From assembly GCA_035084275.1 (NCBI GenBank), contig CM068775.1:1302001-1366000 (forward strand): DNA of 64,000 nucleotides, in the 5' to 3' direction. Positions 1 through 11,901 of this stretch are shown here, one piece after another (position 1 is the first letter of the stretch; every line of letters starts with the position of its first letter). Source of the DNA: Hydrolagus colliei (lineage: Eukaryota). The translations under genes were made by a program, and so were the position numbers. The notes under the pieces were generated by a model that saw nothing but the letters and a program-made list of their open reading frames with translations, did not search any database and was not told where the DNA came from.

Positions 1-242
1 TTTTATGATGCAGTTGCAAGACCATGTTGTTTATAGCCCGGCATGAGTCATGTGGCGAAAAATGTATAACTACCCATGTAAAGGTTGCTCTGTGTGTGCA
101 CTTGGAGTAGACGGACGACAGTCTGTACCTAAGGTGTACACCGCTTTGCAAACGCTTAATAAACGTTGTTGAACTACACACCCGAGTCACATATTTGTGA
201 ACAGAACCACCAACCAAGGTACTGAAACGAACCAGTTTCACA
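1..242 (+). mobile_element. LTR-like sequence (3' part) abutting the V1 leader-intron donor
   Basis: TATA-like TGTATAA near 66, AATAAA near 158, ends ...TTTCACA at 242. It is followed directly by CC|GTGAGTTCTATT, which in the 25.3-kb paralog is the end of the leader exon. The LTR identity is inferred from architecture only. Confidence 0.4.
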
Positions 243-363
243 CCGTGAGTTCTATTATTGGGACAAGTCTGACTGTGTGTGTGTGTGGCTGTGATTCTCT
301 CTGCAATGTCACAGAGCCGGGATATCTCACAATAATTAATCTTTGGTCATTTGTTCTTTACAG

Positions 364-675
364 GTGTCCAGGCCGATGTGGTGCTGACACAGCCGTCGTC
401 TCTAACCGGGAAGCCTGGCCAGGCCCTGAGACTCACCTGTAGAACCAGCGGGTTTGATCTCAGCAAATATGGCATGAACTGGGTCTGGCAGGTTCCTGGG
501 AAGTGGCTGGAATGGCTGCTCTACATTTCGTACACATCTGCGTCCAACAGTCGTTACACACCTGACATTCAAAGCCGTGTCACTGTTAACAGTAATAATT
601 CCAATAACATCATCGATCTGAACATCAAAAGTCCAACAGTTCACAACACCGCCATCTCTTACTGTGCAAGTGACT
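364..675 (+). pseudogene. IGHV: IgH variable segment V1 (IgM-like VH exon); leader exon absent from the window
   Basis: Acceptor TTCTTTACAG at 354-363; open frame [25 protein letters not shown]...[16 protein letters not shown]...TAISYCASD with both Ig cysteines and the conserved Trp; followed by a 23-bp-spacer RSS. Confidence 0.92.
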
Positions 676-714
676 CGCAGTGAGAGGCAACTGGGCTGGT
701 CTCCTACAAATACA
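676..714 (+). promoter_or_regulatory. V1 recombination signal (23-RSS) with variant heptamer
   Basis: CGCAGTG (676-682) + 23 nt + ACAAATACA (706-714); consensus is CACAGTG-23-ACAAAAACC. Confidence 0.85.
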
Positions 715-916
715 CGAGGGGAGGAAAGGCAGCCCCTCCCACCCTAAACTGAAGGGCAGTTATGGTGTCAATGCTGTGTCTGTAGCAAAGATTAAAGGAA
801 AAGCTTAGAATGGATTCCTTATCATTCCAAACCAATACAGTGAACGGTGGTTTGATGGGGGGTGAATGAGCTGCTTATTTGTGCTGTAATATTCTGTGAT
901 TTCAGCTGGTATGTGA

Positions 917-982
917 CACTGTGCTGTTTGAGGCGGGAAGCATTGCGATTGGAGACTGACTAGATGACAGTTCACAAATATC
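917..982 (+). other. Candidate degenerate IgH D1 segment (unit 1)
   Basis: CACTGTG (917-923), 17-nt CTGTTTGAGGCGGGAAG, CATTGCG (941-947; CACTGCG in unit 4), then ACAAATATC after a 26-nt spacer. No convincing 5' nonamer. The position matches D1 of chondrichthyan V-D1-D2-J clusters. Confidence 0.4.
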
Positions 983-1124
983 CTCTTATTACCAGCCGTT
1001 GGACATATTTGTTTTCTGTTTCTGTGGCTGTGAAGAAAGTGTTAGACAGACGCTGTGCCATGCCACAGGAAAATAGTCCATTTCAGTGAATGTTGGCAGC
1101 CAGTATAGAGCAGACACTGAGGTC

Positions 1125-1191
1125 AGTATGTGTATGGGACTGTGTCACTGTGTATACGGGGCTCACAGCATTAACTGTCAATACAAAAACC
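1125..1191 (+). other. IgH D segment (D2) flanked by 12/12 RSSs (unit 1)
   Basis: AGTATGTGT-12-CACTGTG (1125-1152), coding TATACGGGGCT (1153-1163), CACAGCA-12-ACAAAAACC (1164-1191; perfect nonamer). Confidence 0.9.
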
Positions 1192-1529
1192 CTTGAACAC
1201 CAAACCAGATAATCTCTCCCACTGCTGGCGTGTGTGGGTCCCAATTAACGTGAGGAGATTTGATATGTTTATAATGGGGCCTAACACTGAGGATTTTACC
1301 AGATTTTAATTGACATAAAAACATAAAATATAATCTTGAATCTGTTGGTGACAAGTGAAGGTGTTTGACGGGAACATTGCAAACTGGCAAAGATACAAAC
1401 ATTTAACAGCTAAACACAGAGCTGTGCAATTGTTTTCAGAACATTACAGAACTATACGGTTCCGGTATTTAGTTTGGGGAAATCACCATTTACAATAATA
1501 TGGTGTTTGTGTGGCCGGCCCTCACAGCA

Positions 1530-1616
1530 GGTTATTGCAGTGATCAGCACACTGACTGTAGCACTGTGACTACCTTGACTGCTGGGGACAAGGCACCATG
1601 GTGACAGTGACTAACG
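1530..1616 (+). other. IGHJ: IgH J segment J1 with 23-RSS
   Basis: GGTTATTGC-23-CACTGTG (1530-1568); coding 1569-1616 reads YLDCWGQGTMVTVTN (WGxG motif); phase-1 donor G|GTAAG. Confidence 0.95.
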
Positions 1617-1924
1617 GTAAGAAACAAACACTCACTCACAATGCTGAGTTTGGATTTATATGTTTATTTTATTCTCTTTAACAGCTATTTAATTTAATGA
1701 CCTGTGAGTTGCCAGGGCTATCTCAGAGTTTAGTGCAAGTTAAATTCATTTCACTGCTATTGCTTTCAACAGCCACTGTTGATTTAAGGATTATTCTGTC
1801 CATGTTTAGTTCATTGCTGGTGATATTTGTGGTGGTTAGTGACTGTACAGCTGAAGTTACACTGATGGACTTTCTGCAATGTCTGATAACGGTGACTGGC
1901 GGCTGCTGATTTTGGGTATAATCA

Positions 1925-2960
1925 GGAATTGTATAAAAGTGTTTGAAACTTTGCCCACATGTTGGGAATCAGGGCCTGAATGTTGTGGGATGAGCGACTT
2001 TAGCTGTGACCTGAAACTGGGAAGAGAGGGGATGAGGCAAAGGGAGTGAGGAAGGGAGTTCCAGAGCCTTGGGACATAGTCGCTGAAGCACAGCTGCCGA
2101 GGGTGGAGTGGAGAATTCGGGGGGACATGGAGGAGGCCAGACCCAGTGGAGTGAAGGCAGCGGGTGCCGGTTTGGGGAGAGCGGAGATCAGAGAGATAAG
2201 GAGGTGAAGAGGAATGGAGAGATTTGAATACAAGGGTGAGGATCTTGATGTCGATCCTCTCTGGGACAGGGAGCCAGTGAAGTCTGGCAAGGACTGGGGT
2301 AACGGGCAGCGAAGCTTGTAGCGGGTGAGTATGCAGGCAGCAGAGTTTGGGATTATCTGGATTTTGTGGATTGTGGTCGAGGGGAGACCGACGAGGAGGG
2401 TGTTGCAATAGTCCAGCTGAGAGGTGACAAAGGTGAGGAACAAGGTTTCAGCGGCTTTTGTGGTGAGGTATTGCCGGAGACGGGCGATCCATCGGAGGTG
2501 ATAGAAGGCAGTGCTGGTCATGGACCGGATGTGGGGGAGGAAGGACAGTTGGGGGTCGAACCTGATGCCAAGATTGCGCTCAGGTTTGGAGAGATTTAGG
2601 GGCCAGGCCGGGAAGGTGGAGGAGATGAGAGCCGTGTGAATGGAGACATGGACGATTGCCAAGGAGTATGGCCTCCATCTTGTCGACATTCAGCTGCAGG
2701 AAGTTCGCGCTCATCCAGCCCCTGATGTCTGACAGACAGACTGACAAAACATCAGGGGACTGGGGTCACAAAGTGAAGTGGAGAGATAGAGTTGGGTGTC
2801 ATCCGCGTACATGTGGAAGTGTGCCCCATGTCTGCGGATGACATCCCCAAGAGGGAGCGTGTAAATGAGGAAGAGGAGGGGGCCAAGGATGGATCCCTGG
2901 GGTACCCCACAGGTAACTGGGTGAGTGCAGGAGGAAAAAGCGTTTGTGCAGATATACTGC
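1925..2960 (-). mobile_element. L2 LINE 3' fragment in the J1 downstream intron
   Basis: Minus-strand frames carry L2 RT C-terminal motifs (LGIRFDPQLSFLPHI, SQLDYCNTLL, TPVLARLHWLPVPERI) with frameshifts; same insertion is present after J3. Confidence 0.85.
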
Positions 2961-3129
2961 TGGCAGTTTGTGAGGTAAAGTGAATTGACTATTTATTTGT
3001 GGGTGAAATGAGATGTTTAACACACAGTGACACTGGTCGCTGACAGCAAAATCTGAAAGCAGATTTCAGAGCTGATCAGCTCAAACTACAGAGACTGAGC
3101 TGAAGGTGAAAGGCATCAATTTCTCATTT

Positions 3130-3420
3130 CATTATCAATCTTAAAATACACAGTCATTTCACTTTACAGTAAATTCAGTTAAGTGCTTTGAGATGCCTAA
3201 AAGACTTGAAAAGTGCAATATGTAAAATAAGGAATTGGTCATTTCAATCCATGGCTGTTTGTGGGACATTGCTGTGCACAATTGGCTGCCACATTTTGCC
3301 AACAAGTATACAGTCAATTCACTTTACAGTTTATTCTTTGAAGCGCTTTGAAATGTCCAGAAGATGTGAAAAGCACTATATCAAAATATAAGGATTATTA
3401 TTATATCAAATGCTAGGATT
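3130..3420 (+). mobile_element. SINE body/tail
   Basis: Shares TGTGGGACATTGCTGTGCACAATTGGCTGCC core and ...GTGAAAAGCACTATATCAA tail with the headed copies at 26.9 and 27.7 kb. Confidence 0.7.
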
Positions 3421-3561
3421 ATTTATTTCATATTCCATGGTTTAGTTATCGTGTGTAACTTTGTGCTGCAGGGAATTGTGACTGTGAGTTACACTGCACC
3501 AGGTTTAATGCTTCATGTTGTGATGTGGAAGGACAGTGTGTGAGCTGGCTGGGCAGTTACT

Positions 3562-3588
3562 GAGAGAGAGAGAGAGAGAGAGAGAGAG
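3562..3588. repeat. (GA)n microsatellite
   Basis: Run of GA dinucleotides. Confidence 0.9.
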
Positions 3589-4489
3589 CTTCGGGCTGAG
3601 AGAAAGAGAATATTGAGTGATTTGTGGATTATTGGATGGAAACAGTTTGTGTTCGAGATGTCAGGGTTCAGTCTGTGATTGTGTGTTAGACCTGATTAAA
3701 CAGCATTGAGCAGTGTAATAGCTAATGGCTGAACAGGGATATCTGACAGTGTCTGCAGAGCTGTTGGGAGCTGGGGTCAGTGCGTTACGTTTCTCCCGAG
3801 TTCTTCAGAATAACCGGATTCTAAATTCAAATTAATTTGAAGGTTATTATTAATTGGAGGCAAATCTCTAAAGTAAAGATATATAACGGGCTCCCAGTGT
3901 TAGGCTAGTCTCTGGCTTTATCAATGGTTTATTAAATTTATTTATAAGTAACAAGGCAGTGGCCAAAGGGGCAGGAAACAGACCCACAGATACCAGCGTC
4001 ACTTGTGGTTCATTGTTAACATCACCTGTGCTGCCTGTCTGTCTGTCAGCCTGGGTCAGATTTACTACAACATGAAAAAACATGACGTTTAAATGTCGCA
4101 GAATAAATTGCTTTAATAAATGTCAGTAAATCAGAAAATCTCAACTATTTCATTTTCAAGCAATTGTATAAATGTGTAAGATTATCCGTAGATCTGTGTA
4201 ATCGTGAAATAAATATTGATTGGCAAACAATTTTTAAAACTTAATCAATTAATTAACATTTCAATTGAGATTAAATCAACTAAGCATCATTTAAATTTCC
4301 GCTATTTTTGAAAAGCCACAGAGACCACTCTTTTAACACCCATCTGAATGCAGTCTGGGTCTCGGTTTAATGTCTCAGTACATATTTACACACATACATA
4401 CACATACATACAACACACCCATCACACGTAACAATAATTATTATTATTATACATTATGATTATTATATTATAATATTATTATTACACAT

Positions 4490-4790
4490 ACATGATAATA
4501 GTAATCCATGGATTTGATATAGCACTTTTCACATATTCCAGATATCTCAAAACGTTACCCAGAATATACTATAAATTGAATTGACTGTATATTTGTGGGT
4601 GAGTCAGCCGATCAATTGCAGTGTCCCGCAAATAGTCGTGGACCAATGATGTTATTTTTTTCATCTTGAGGGATTATTAGCAGGTGCATGGAATAAGGAA
4701 ACTTGTCCAAGGTTTTACCCTGCTGGGAATTGAACCCAGATAACTCGCTGGTAAGGCGAGTGCTCCAATAACTGAGCTACAGGATACAGG
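4490..4790 (-). mobile_element. tRNA-derived SINE
   Basis: Reverse complement has a TAGCTCAGTTATTGGAGCAC A-box, a GGTTCAATTCC B-box, and the family body and tail. Confidence 0.75.
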
Positions 4791-5758
4791 AATCTGACTC
4801 CAACAGGACACATGCACAAACTCACACACACTCATGTAAATACGCACTCAAAACGATACAGATATGCACACTCATACATACAAACATATAGATATATATC
4901 TACAAACACGCATTCAACACACAACTTATACAAGGCCACAGATTGCTTTGAAGGTCAGGATCAGGATCTTGAAATGAATCCCATGGGTTTTGGGGAGCCA
5001 ATGAATCAGGTGAGAATGGGAGAGATGGGATCATGGGGCATGGATCAGTAGCATCAGTCTCTATGGCCTCCCATGGATCACAGGAGGCCATAGAGATACT
5101 GTCCAGCGTGGAGGGCGTTATATAAATTGCAGTTGTTGTTACATCTCAAACCTTTAGCAAACTCTTTCATACAGGTTGGATTTGTGGCCTTGTTGTAAGG
5201 TTATCTGCATTAAACAATCAGCAAAGTTATTTAAGCAATGTAATTATGGGCATTACATTTCTTCCTTTCTCTTGATTTCTTTCTATATTATAATTTGGAA
5301 CGTCCAGCAACATGAATCAATAATATGATCGTAGAATTGATCAGTGCCTTTTCTGAATATCCGCAAGTATTTAGCATTTTATGATAATTTAGAAAAAGTA
5401 TTATGGAATCACTTATAATCCCACCTGAATAGACATCCTTTGATCCTTTGATTCTCCACCAGGTCTCAGATTCAAAGCCCTGATTATTCCCATTTCTGTA
5501 CTTGACTTAAAAGTGAGATACATGGGTGTTTTTCGTAGAAGATCAGGCTGAAAACTTGGGCACATTTCCTCACTCCACACACCTGATAATAATCCCTCAC
5601 AAAAAACAATAACAAAATTGGTAATTTCAATCCAGTACTGTTTGTGGGATACAGCTGTGAGCAATTGGCTGCCCACCAATATACAGTCAAAAATTACGTT
5701 ATATTCTGTGAGGTGCTTTGAAACGTCTAGAAGACATGAAAAGGCGATACATCACATG

Positions 5759-8700
5759 CAACAACAACAACATCAACAAATTACATTTATAGAGCGCCTT
5801 TCACGTCGGGAGGACGTCCCAAGGCACTGTACAGGAGGCGTGTGACCTGAGCTGGGAGGGGAGTGTTTGGGAAGGGGTGAAACACGAAAGGGAGGTAAAA
5901 AAGTTTGGGGTGGAACAAAAGGCACGATCGAAGAGGAAAGTCTTCAATCCGGCCTTGAAAGAGGAAAGGGAAGAGACAAAACGGAGGGATTGATGGATGG
6001 CATTCCATAGGGTGGGAGCGAAGAAACTGAAGGCCCGGCCTCCGATGGTGGGGCGGTTCAGGCGGGGGGCTTGGAGCAGGCCAAGTCCTGTTGAACGGAG
6101 GGTCCGGGTGGGCGTGTAGGGGGAAAGTAGATTGGTTAGATACGGCGGGGCAAGGCCGTGTAAGGCCTTGTAGGTGAGGATGAGGATCATGAACTCGATC
6201 CTCTGGAGGATGGGGAGCCAGTGGAGACGGGCGAGGGTGGGGGTTATGTGATCGCAGAGGCGGGTGCGGGATAATACACGGGCTGCAGAGTTTTGGATGG
6301 CCTGCAGCCTGTGAATGGAGGAACTGGGGAGGCCGACGAGGAGAGAATTTCCGTAGTCCAGCCGTGAGGTGATGTACGCGTGCACGAGTGTTTCGGCAGC
6401 GCGGGGGGTGAGATAGTTGCGGAGCCTGGCAATATTGCGCAGGTGGAAATAAGCGGTGCCGGTCAAGGCGCGGATGTGGGGGAGGAAGGAAAGTTTTTGA
6501 TCGAACATGATGCCGATGTTCCTGATTGGCTTTGTGAGGTGGAGAGTGCAGCCTTGGATATTGAGGCTGTCAGCGACCGATGTGAGGAGGCGCTGGCTTG
6601 AGCCAATCAGGAGGGCCTCGGTCTTACTCACGTTCAATTGCAAGAAGTTCTCCCTCGTCCACGACTCGATGTCGGACAGACATGCTGTCAGTACATCGAT
6701 CGTCTGGGGGTTGAGGGATGAGGCATAAAGGTACAACTGGGTGTCGTCCGCATACATGTGGAAATTTACCCCATGTTTGCGGATGAAGTTGCCCAGAGGG
6801 AGCGTGTAACGGGTGAAAAGGAGGGGACCGAGGACAGAGCCCTGAGGGACGCCGTGAGAAACTGTGCGGGGGTTTGAAGAAAAACCATTGGAAGAAACAA
6901 AATGTAAACGGTGGGTCAAATAAGAGTGGAACCAGTCAAGGACTGTGCCTTGAAGGTTGAGGTGGGAGGAAAGACGTTGAAGGAGGATGGTGTGATCGAC
7001 TGTGTCGAACGCAGCAGACAGGTCAAGGAGGACGAGGAGGCAGAGGGAGCCCTGGTCACAGGTGGTTAAGATGTCATTTGTGACCTTGACCAGGGCAGTT
7101 TCTGTGCTGTGGATAGGGTGGAAACCTGATTGGAGGGGTTCAAGAAGTGAGTGAGTTGAGAGTAAAGAGCGGAGCTGGGAGGCAACCACTCTTTCAAGGA
7201 CCTTGGATAAAAACGGGAGGTTGGAGATGGGTCGATAACTTGATGGTTGCAACGCATCAAGGGAGGGTTTCTTCAGGATAGGGGTGATGGTGGCTGTTTT
7301 AAGGGAGGTAGGGACGGTGCCTGAGGAGAGGGAAAGGTTAATAGTGTCAGAAATTGGCGGGGCTAACAAATGGAGCTGGATGCGGAGGAGTGGGGTGGGG
7401 ATGGGGTCCAATGAGCACGTGGTGGGTTTCATGGAGGTAATTGTTTTAGAGACTGAAAGCGTGGTGGTGGGGTTGAAAGTGTGAAATGGGCGGTGAGTAG
7501 GAGTTGAGGTAGCTGATGAGGGCGCGGAGGTGGAGGAGTGGTGGGGGGAGGAAACCGCAGAGCGGATTTTCTCAATTTTGGACTCGAGGAAGTCCAGCAT
7601 CTCCTCACAACGAACGTTTGAGGAGAGGATCTGCGATGTGAGGCGGGGGGGGGGGGGGGGGGGTGGAGGAGCTGGTTGCTGGTGGCGAAGAGGAGGCGGT
7701 GGTTGTCCTTCGCTTCCAGGATTATCCTGGAGTAGAAGGCTGATTTGGCGGTGGCTAGGGCGGAGCGGTAAAATTTGATGCGGTCCAGCCAGATTTGCCG
7801 GTGGACCGTGAGGCCAGATTTGAGCCAGGTGCGTTCAACTGCTCTCACTTGGCTTTTGAGGGAACGGAGGTGAGTTGTGTACCACGGAGATGATCGGGAA
7901 TGGGAGACGGATTTGGAGGTGTGGGGGGCCAGGGTGTCAAGGGTAGTGGAGAGGGTGTTGTGGAGGGCGGTGGAGGTGGAGGATGGGTCGGTCGGTACAA
8001 AAAAAATGCCATTGTGGGAAGAGGTCGGAGGTTTCTAGGGCAGAGGTGAAAGTTTGAGGGGGAATCTTCTTCCAGGGCCGGTATAAGATGGTGGTGGGTT
8101 TGTAAGTGGAGGGGGGAGGGATAGAGGTGTTGCAGGAAATGAAAAAATGGTCGGAAATGGCCTTGTCTGTGATGGTGACGCCAGAGACGTTGAGGCCTCG
8201 GGTGATCACCAGATCGAGAGTATGGCCGTGGGTGTGGGTGGCAGTGTTAATGTGAAGGGAGAAGTTGAAAGACGAAAGTAAAGAGGAAAATTCAGAGGAA
8301 ATGGGGCAGGAGGGGGAAAAATGGAGGTTGAAATCGCCAAGAATAATAAGGCGATCAGAGGAGGTGCAAAGGGAAGTTAAAAGTGAAGAAAAATCTGAAA
8401 TGAAAGTGGGGGAGGGTTTGGGGGGGCGATAAACTAATAGGATTTTGAAAGAATTGTGGCAGGAGTGAGAGAGGGTGAGCTGTTCGAAAGAGGGGGAGCT
8501 GTTCGAAAGAGGGGAAGGAGCCGGAGGAATAGGGGGATAGGGCGAGGGATGACTTTGAGATGAGGGCCACACCACCGCCACAACGGTTGGGTCGAGGAGC
8601 ATGGTGGAATGTGTAGTTGGGTGATGTGGCTTCAACGAGGCCGAAAGTGTCGCCTGGGGTGATCCAAGTCTCCGTCAGGGCCATGATGTCAACGTTCTCA

Positions 8701-9070
8701 TCAAGGATGAGATTGTTGATGGCCAGGGTCTTGTTGCAGACAGAGCGGATATTTTGGAGGCCGATGCGGAAAGAGCAGTTGGCCGAGGGGTGTGAGGGGG
8801 GACTGGGGTGGTCGGCGGGGAGGGTGGGGATCTGAATAAGGGAGGAGAGGTTGACCCCCCGGGTTTGTGTCCGGTGGGGCTGGCGGTGATGGTGGGGGAC
8901 AGGGCACTTGGTGTGACTGCTATTGGACAACCAACGCCGAGTGCCACGGTGAGCCCGACGGAGGATTCCAATATTGGAACAGAAGGAAGCCGTGGGAGGG
9001 TCGAGCAGGGACAGTAGGCAAGGAGGGCGAAGAGAAAAAAGTGTAGAGAAGGAATAACGGAGAGCATTGT
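5759..9070 (-). mobile_element. Near full-length L2 LINE ORF2 (APE endonuclease + reverse transcriptase), frameshifted
   Basis: APE motifs LQNIRS, ALTETW, GGGVAL, VYRPP, GDFNLH (8930-7937); 599-aa RT frame 7600-5801 with [42 protein letters not shown]; 3' tail (TTG)n at 5759-5776. Confidence 0.95.
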
Positions 9071-9109
9071 ACTGGCTGAGTTAGTTATGATGGAGAAGTA
9101 TAAAGATAA

Positions 9110-11901
9110 TGCGAGAAGCCTTGAACCTGACTATGGTGTAACAGCCTGAATCCAGCATTGTATTCTACATAGAACTGGTAGTATGATTCTTTTATTCTAT
9201 CATGTTTATTGGTTATAATCATTAAATCACTACAACTTTATTAAGGATTGTTGGGTCATTATGTTGAACTCTCGGGATCGGAAATTCCAACTATTTGATG
9301 ATCATGAAGCGACCCAACAAAATAGTGATTTAATTGTTGGTAAGTTGTCTGAGTAGGATAATCAGCTCTCACATAAAGTAGAAAGAACATGCATCTAATT
9401 GTTGAAGCCTTTGTATGTTGTATTGTTGGTGATAAATAATAAGTATAAGAAACGTTAATGAAGGATCTCAGAAAGGGTTGTGTAGACGGGAAATACGTGT
9501 TCCTATGGGTCTTGTGGAGTTATCACAAGGTTGAGCCCAGACAGAGACAGCGACAGGAATACACTGAATATTTCCGACAGGTCACATGAGCCAGAGATTA
9601 GGATAGCATTTGGTTTAGACTTATATGGTGTGAAATGAGTCCAAAGAACAGCAGAGAAGAAAGACAAAGGCAAGCTTTTAGACAGTGGGTGAGTAAGATA
9701 TGCAAGAAGTAGGACAGTGTACTAACGACCTAGAGAAGGATTGCAGGAACAAGTAAAGAAAGGGAAAGACCAGGCGGCACAAGCCAAATCTAATGAATGG
9801 AAGTTAGAACTTACTGCAGCCATTGACTGTAGGGAGTTTAAATTCACTGACTGGTTTGTGTAAATAAAAGGACATTGCCCTTTGGGACCCTTTGGTAAAT
9901 AACCCTTTCATAAATTTAAAGTGTTTTGGCAGTTAATGATCATGTGATGCTAACAACTGAAAATCTTTAAAGAAATGGGAGATTTGTCATTTAGTTCTTA
10001 CAGATATTGACAAGAATGGCATTCCATGCAGCCACTTCTTCTGGGATAACATATACTTTTCGCTCCAACTCTCCCACCCACAAAGCCGGTCTTCGCTTTT
10101 AGTTTCACTCGACCATCTCAGGGGGAGATGAGTGGACAAGTGCAACCCAGTCAATCATGTACATTGGCAACCGTATGTGTTTTTTATGTGTCGGGTGTTG
10201 TCGAGTGCGAGGTGACGGGGTCATAATTAGAATAAACACCATGAAGTTCAAGAAGTGATAGTACAGTATTCAGAATGTCAGTATTCTGCAATATTTTTTA
10301 TCTAATATTAATTTTCTTCCAGTATTTCAACAATGCTATTCATAATTTTTGTGGCTGTACTGTTTATGTTAATCATGATATAATTGATAATGAATTGCTG
10401 TAATTACAGATGCTAAAATAAGTTGCAACAATTGAGGTGGTGGCTGAGGTAAAAGGGAATCGTGAAGATTTCAATGATGATGATGGCAATAAGTTTGACT
10501 CACTCGAGGTGGGAAGTGAACATTCTGGTCTTGTCTTACCTTGACCAAAAAGTCAACTGTAAAGACTCATGGACTTGTTTGCTGAAACAAAGCTGACTCT
10601 ATGGACTTTCAAGGACATTTTACCAGTGAATGGTCAAAACAAGCTGTTGAATTTCTCACTACAAATTTGGATGTGTGACCAAAAAGTTCTGAGTTTTTTG
10701 AGGGAACAAAGAAGACAAGTCTAACCGATGTTGGAAAAAAAAGGAGATATTCCACACTCAACACAAACTGTACTATGTTTTTAAAAAGTCGATTTCGAAT
10801 CACAGCCACTATATCAATCTGATTAATTAATCGTAATTAACTTACTGCACATGTCTTGCTCTGAACTGTACCATGTTTTATGTTTTTGTGATTTTACAAT
10901 GTCTTGTGGATTTATATACTTTTCTGCTTACATGTTATTATGCCAAGGGCTGTGCAAGAATGATACAAAAGTGAAGGATTTACAGCTTGCTAAATTAATA
11001 TGGGTACAGTTTAGTTGTGAGAGATCAAAAATTGTATTTTCTCACTCTCAATGTGGGGTCTGTTGGGATATGGAGCTACTGTATTAAAAATTAATTATAG
11101 TTAGTTCCAATCAGACACCAATCAAAACAATCTATCCACAACACAGGCATGGTCAGCAACCTTGAGCTAAAGGGAGATAAACAACTTGTCTACCCAAAAC
11201 ACCAGGTGCACATTCCCCTGCACTGAGACAATCTTGGATACTGGTCCATGCCAATAATCCAAGGGGCACAATAACATCTGTAGCTTCTATGACAAATAAA
11301 GAATTGAAGGAGAACGGCTCAAGATATAGATAGGGACAGAGGACTCAATTAACAAAGGCACAAAGAATTGTACTCATTTGGGCAATTACCAAGTGAGTAG
11401 CAGGAAAGCCATCTCAAGGTCTGGGAAAAGGAATGGAGGCAAACAACTCCCTACAAGTCTGGCCTTTAGATAGTCTGGTTTTGACATCACTTCTGGACAA
11501 TGTCCAAGTGATCAACTGGCTGACTTAGTTATGGTGGAGAATGAGGTAGGAGAGAAAGAGTGGCTCATTACAACAGTTAGGGAGTGTTTCAGGGTAAACC
11601 GAGATCTCCGGCCTGCCACTGTTCTCCAGATCTACTGGAGCTGATCTTGGTTCCAGTTGTTTTGTTTTACAGGCAGAGAAGGGTCAGTTAGAGATGGAAA
11701 GTTGGAAGGAGTGAGTATTGTGAGAAGCCTGAACCTGACGTATGGTGTAACAGCCTGAATCCTGCATTGTATTCTGTATAGAACTGGTAGTATGATTATT
11801 TTATTCTATCATGTTGTATTGCTTATAATCATTAAATCACTATACCTTTATTCAGAAATGTTGGGTCATTATTTTGAACTCTCGGGATTGAAAATTCCAA
11901 C
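9110..11901 (+). mobile_element. Degraded ERV-like provirus: partial 5' LTR (9110-9290), decayed internal region, 3' LTR (11061-11901)
   Basis: 11061-11901 starts TGTTGGGATA and ends AATTCCAAC, and matches the TSD-flanked solo LTR at 51978-52819. 9110-9290 matches the 3' part of the same LTR. A degenerate purine tract precedes 11061. No internal ORF recognised. Confidence 0.5.

Noticed and set aside
8700-9070. 2A-like peptide or ORF1 ahead of the L2 endonuclease
   Set aside because: No DxExNPGP motif in frame; no recognisable ORF1.
11100-11760. Possible retroviral env reading frame
   Set aside because: Many stops; the segment is bounded by TG...CA and has a TSD-flanked copy, so it is LTR sequence.
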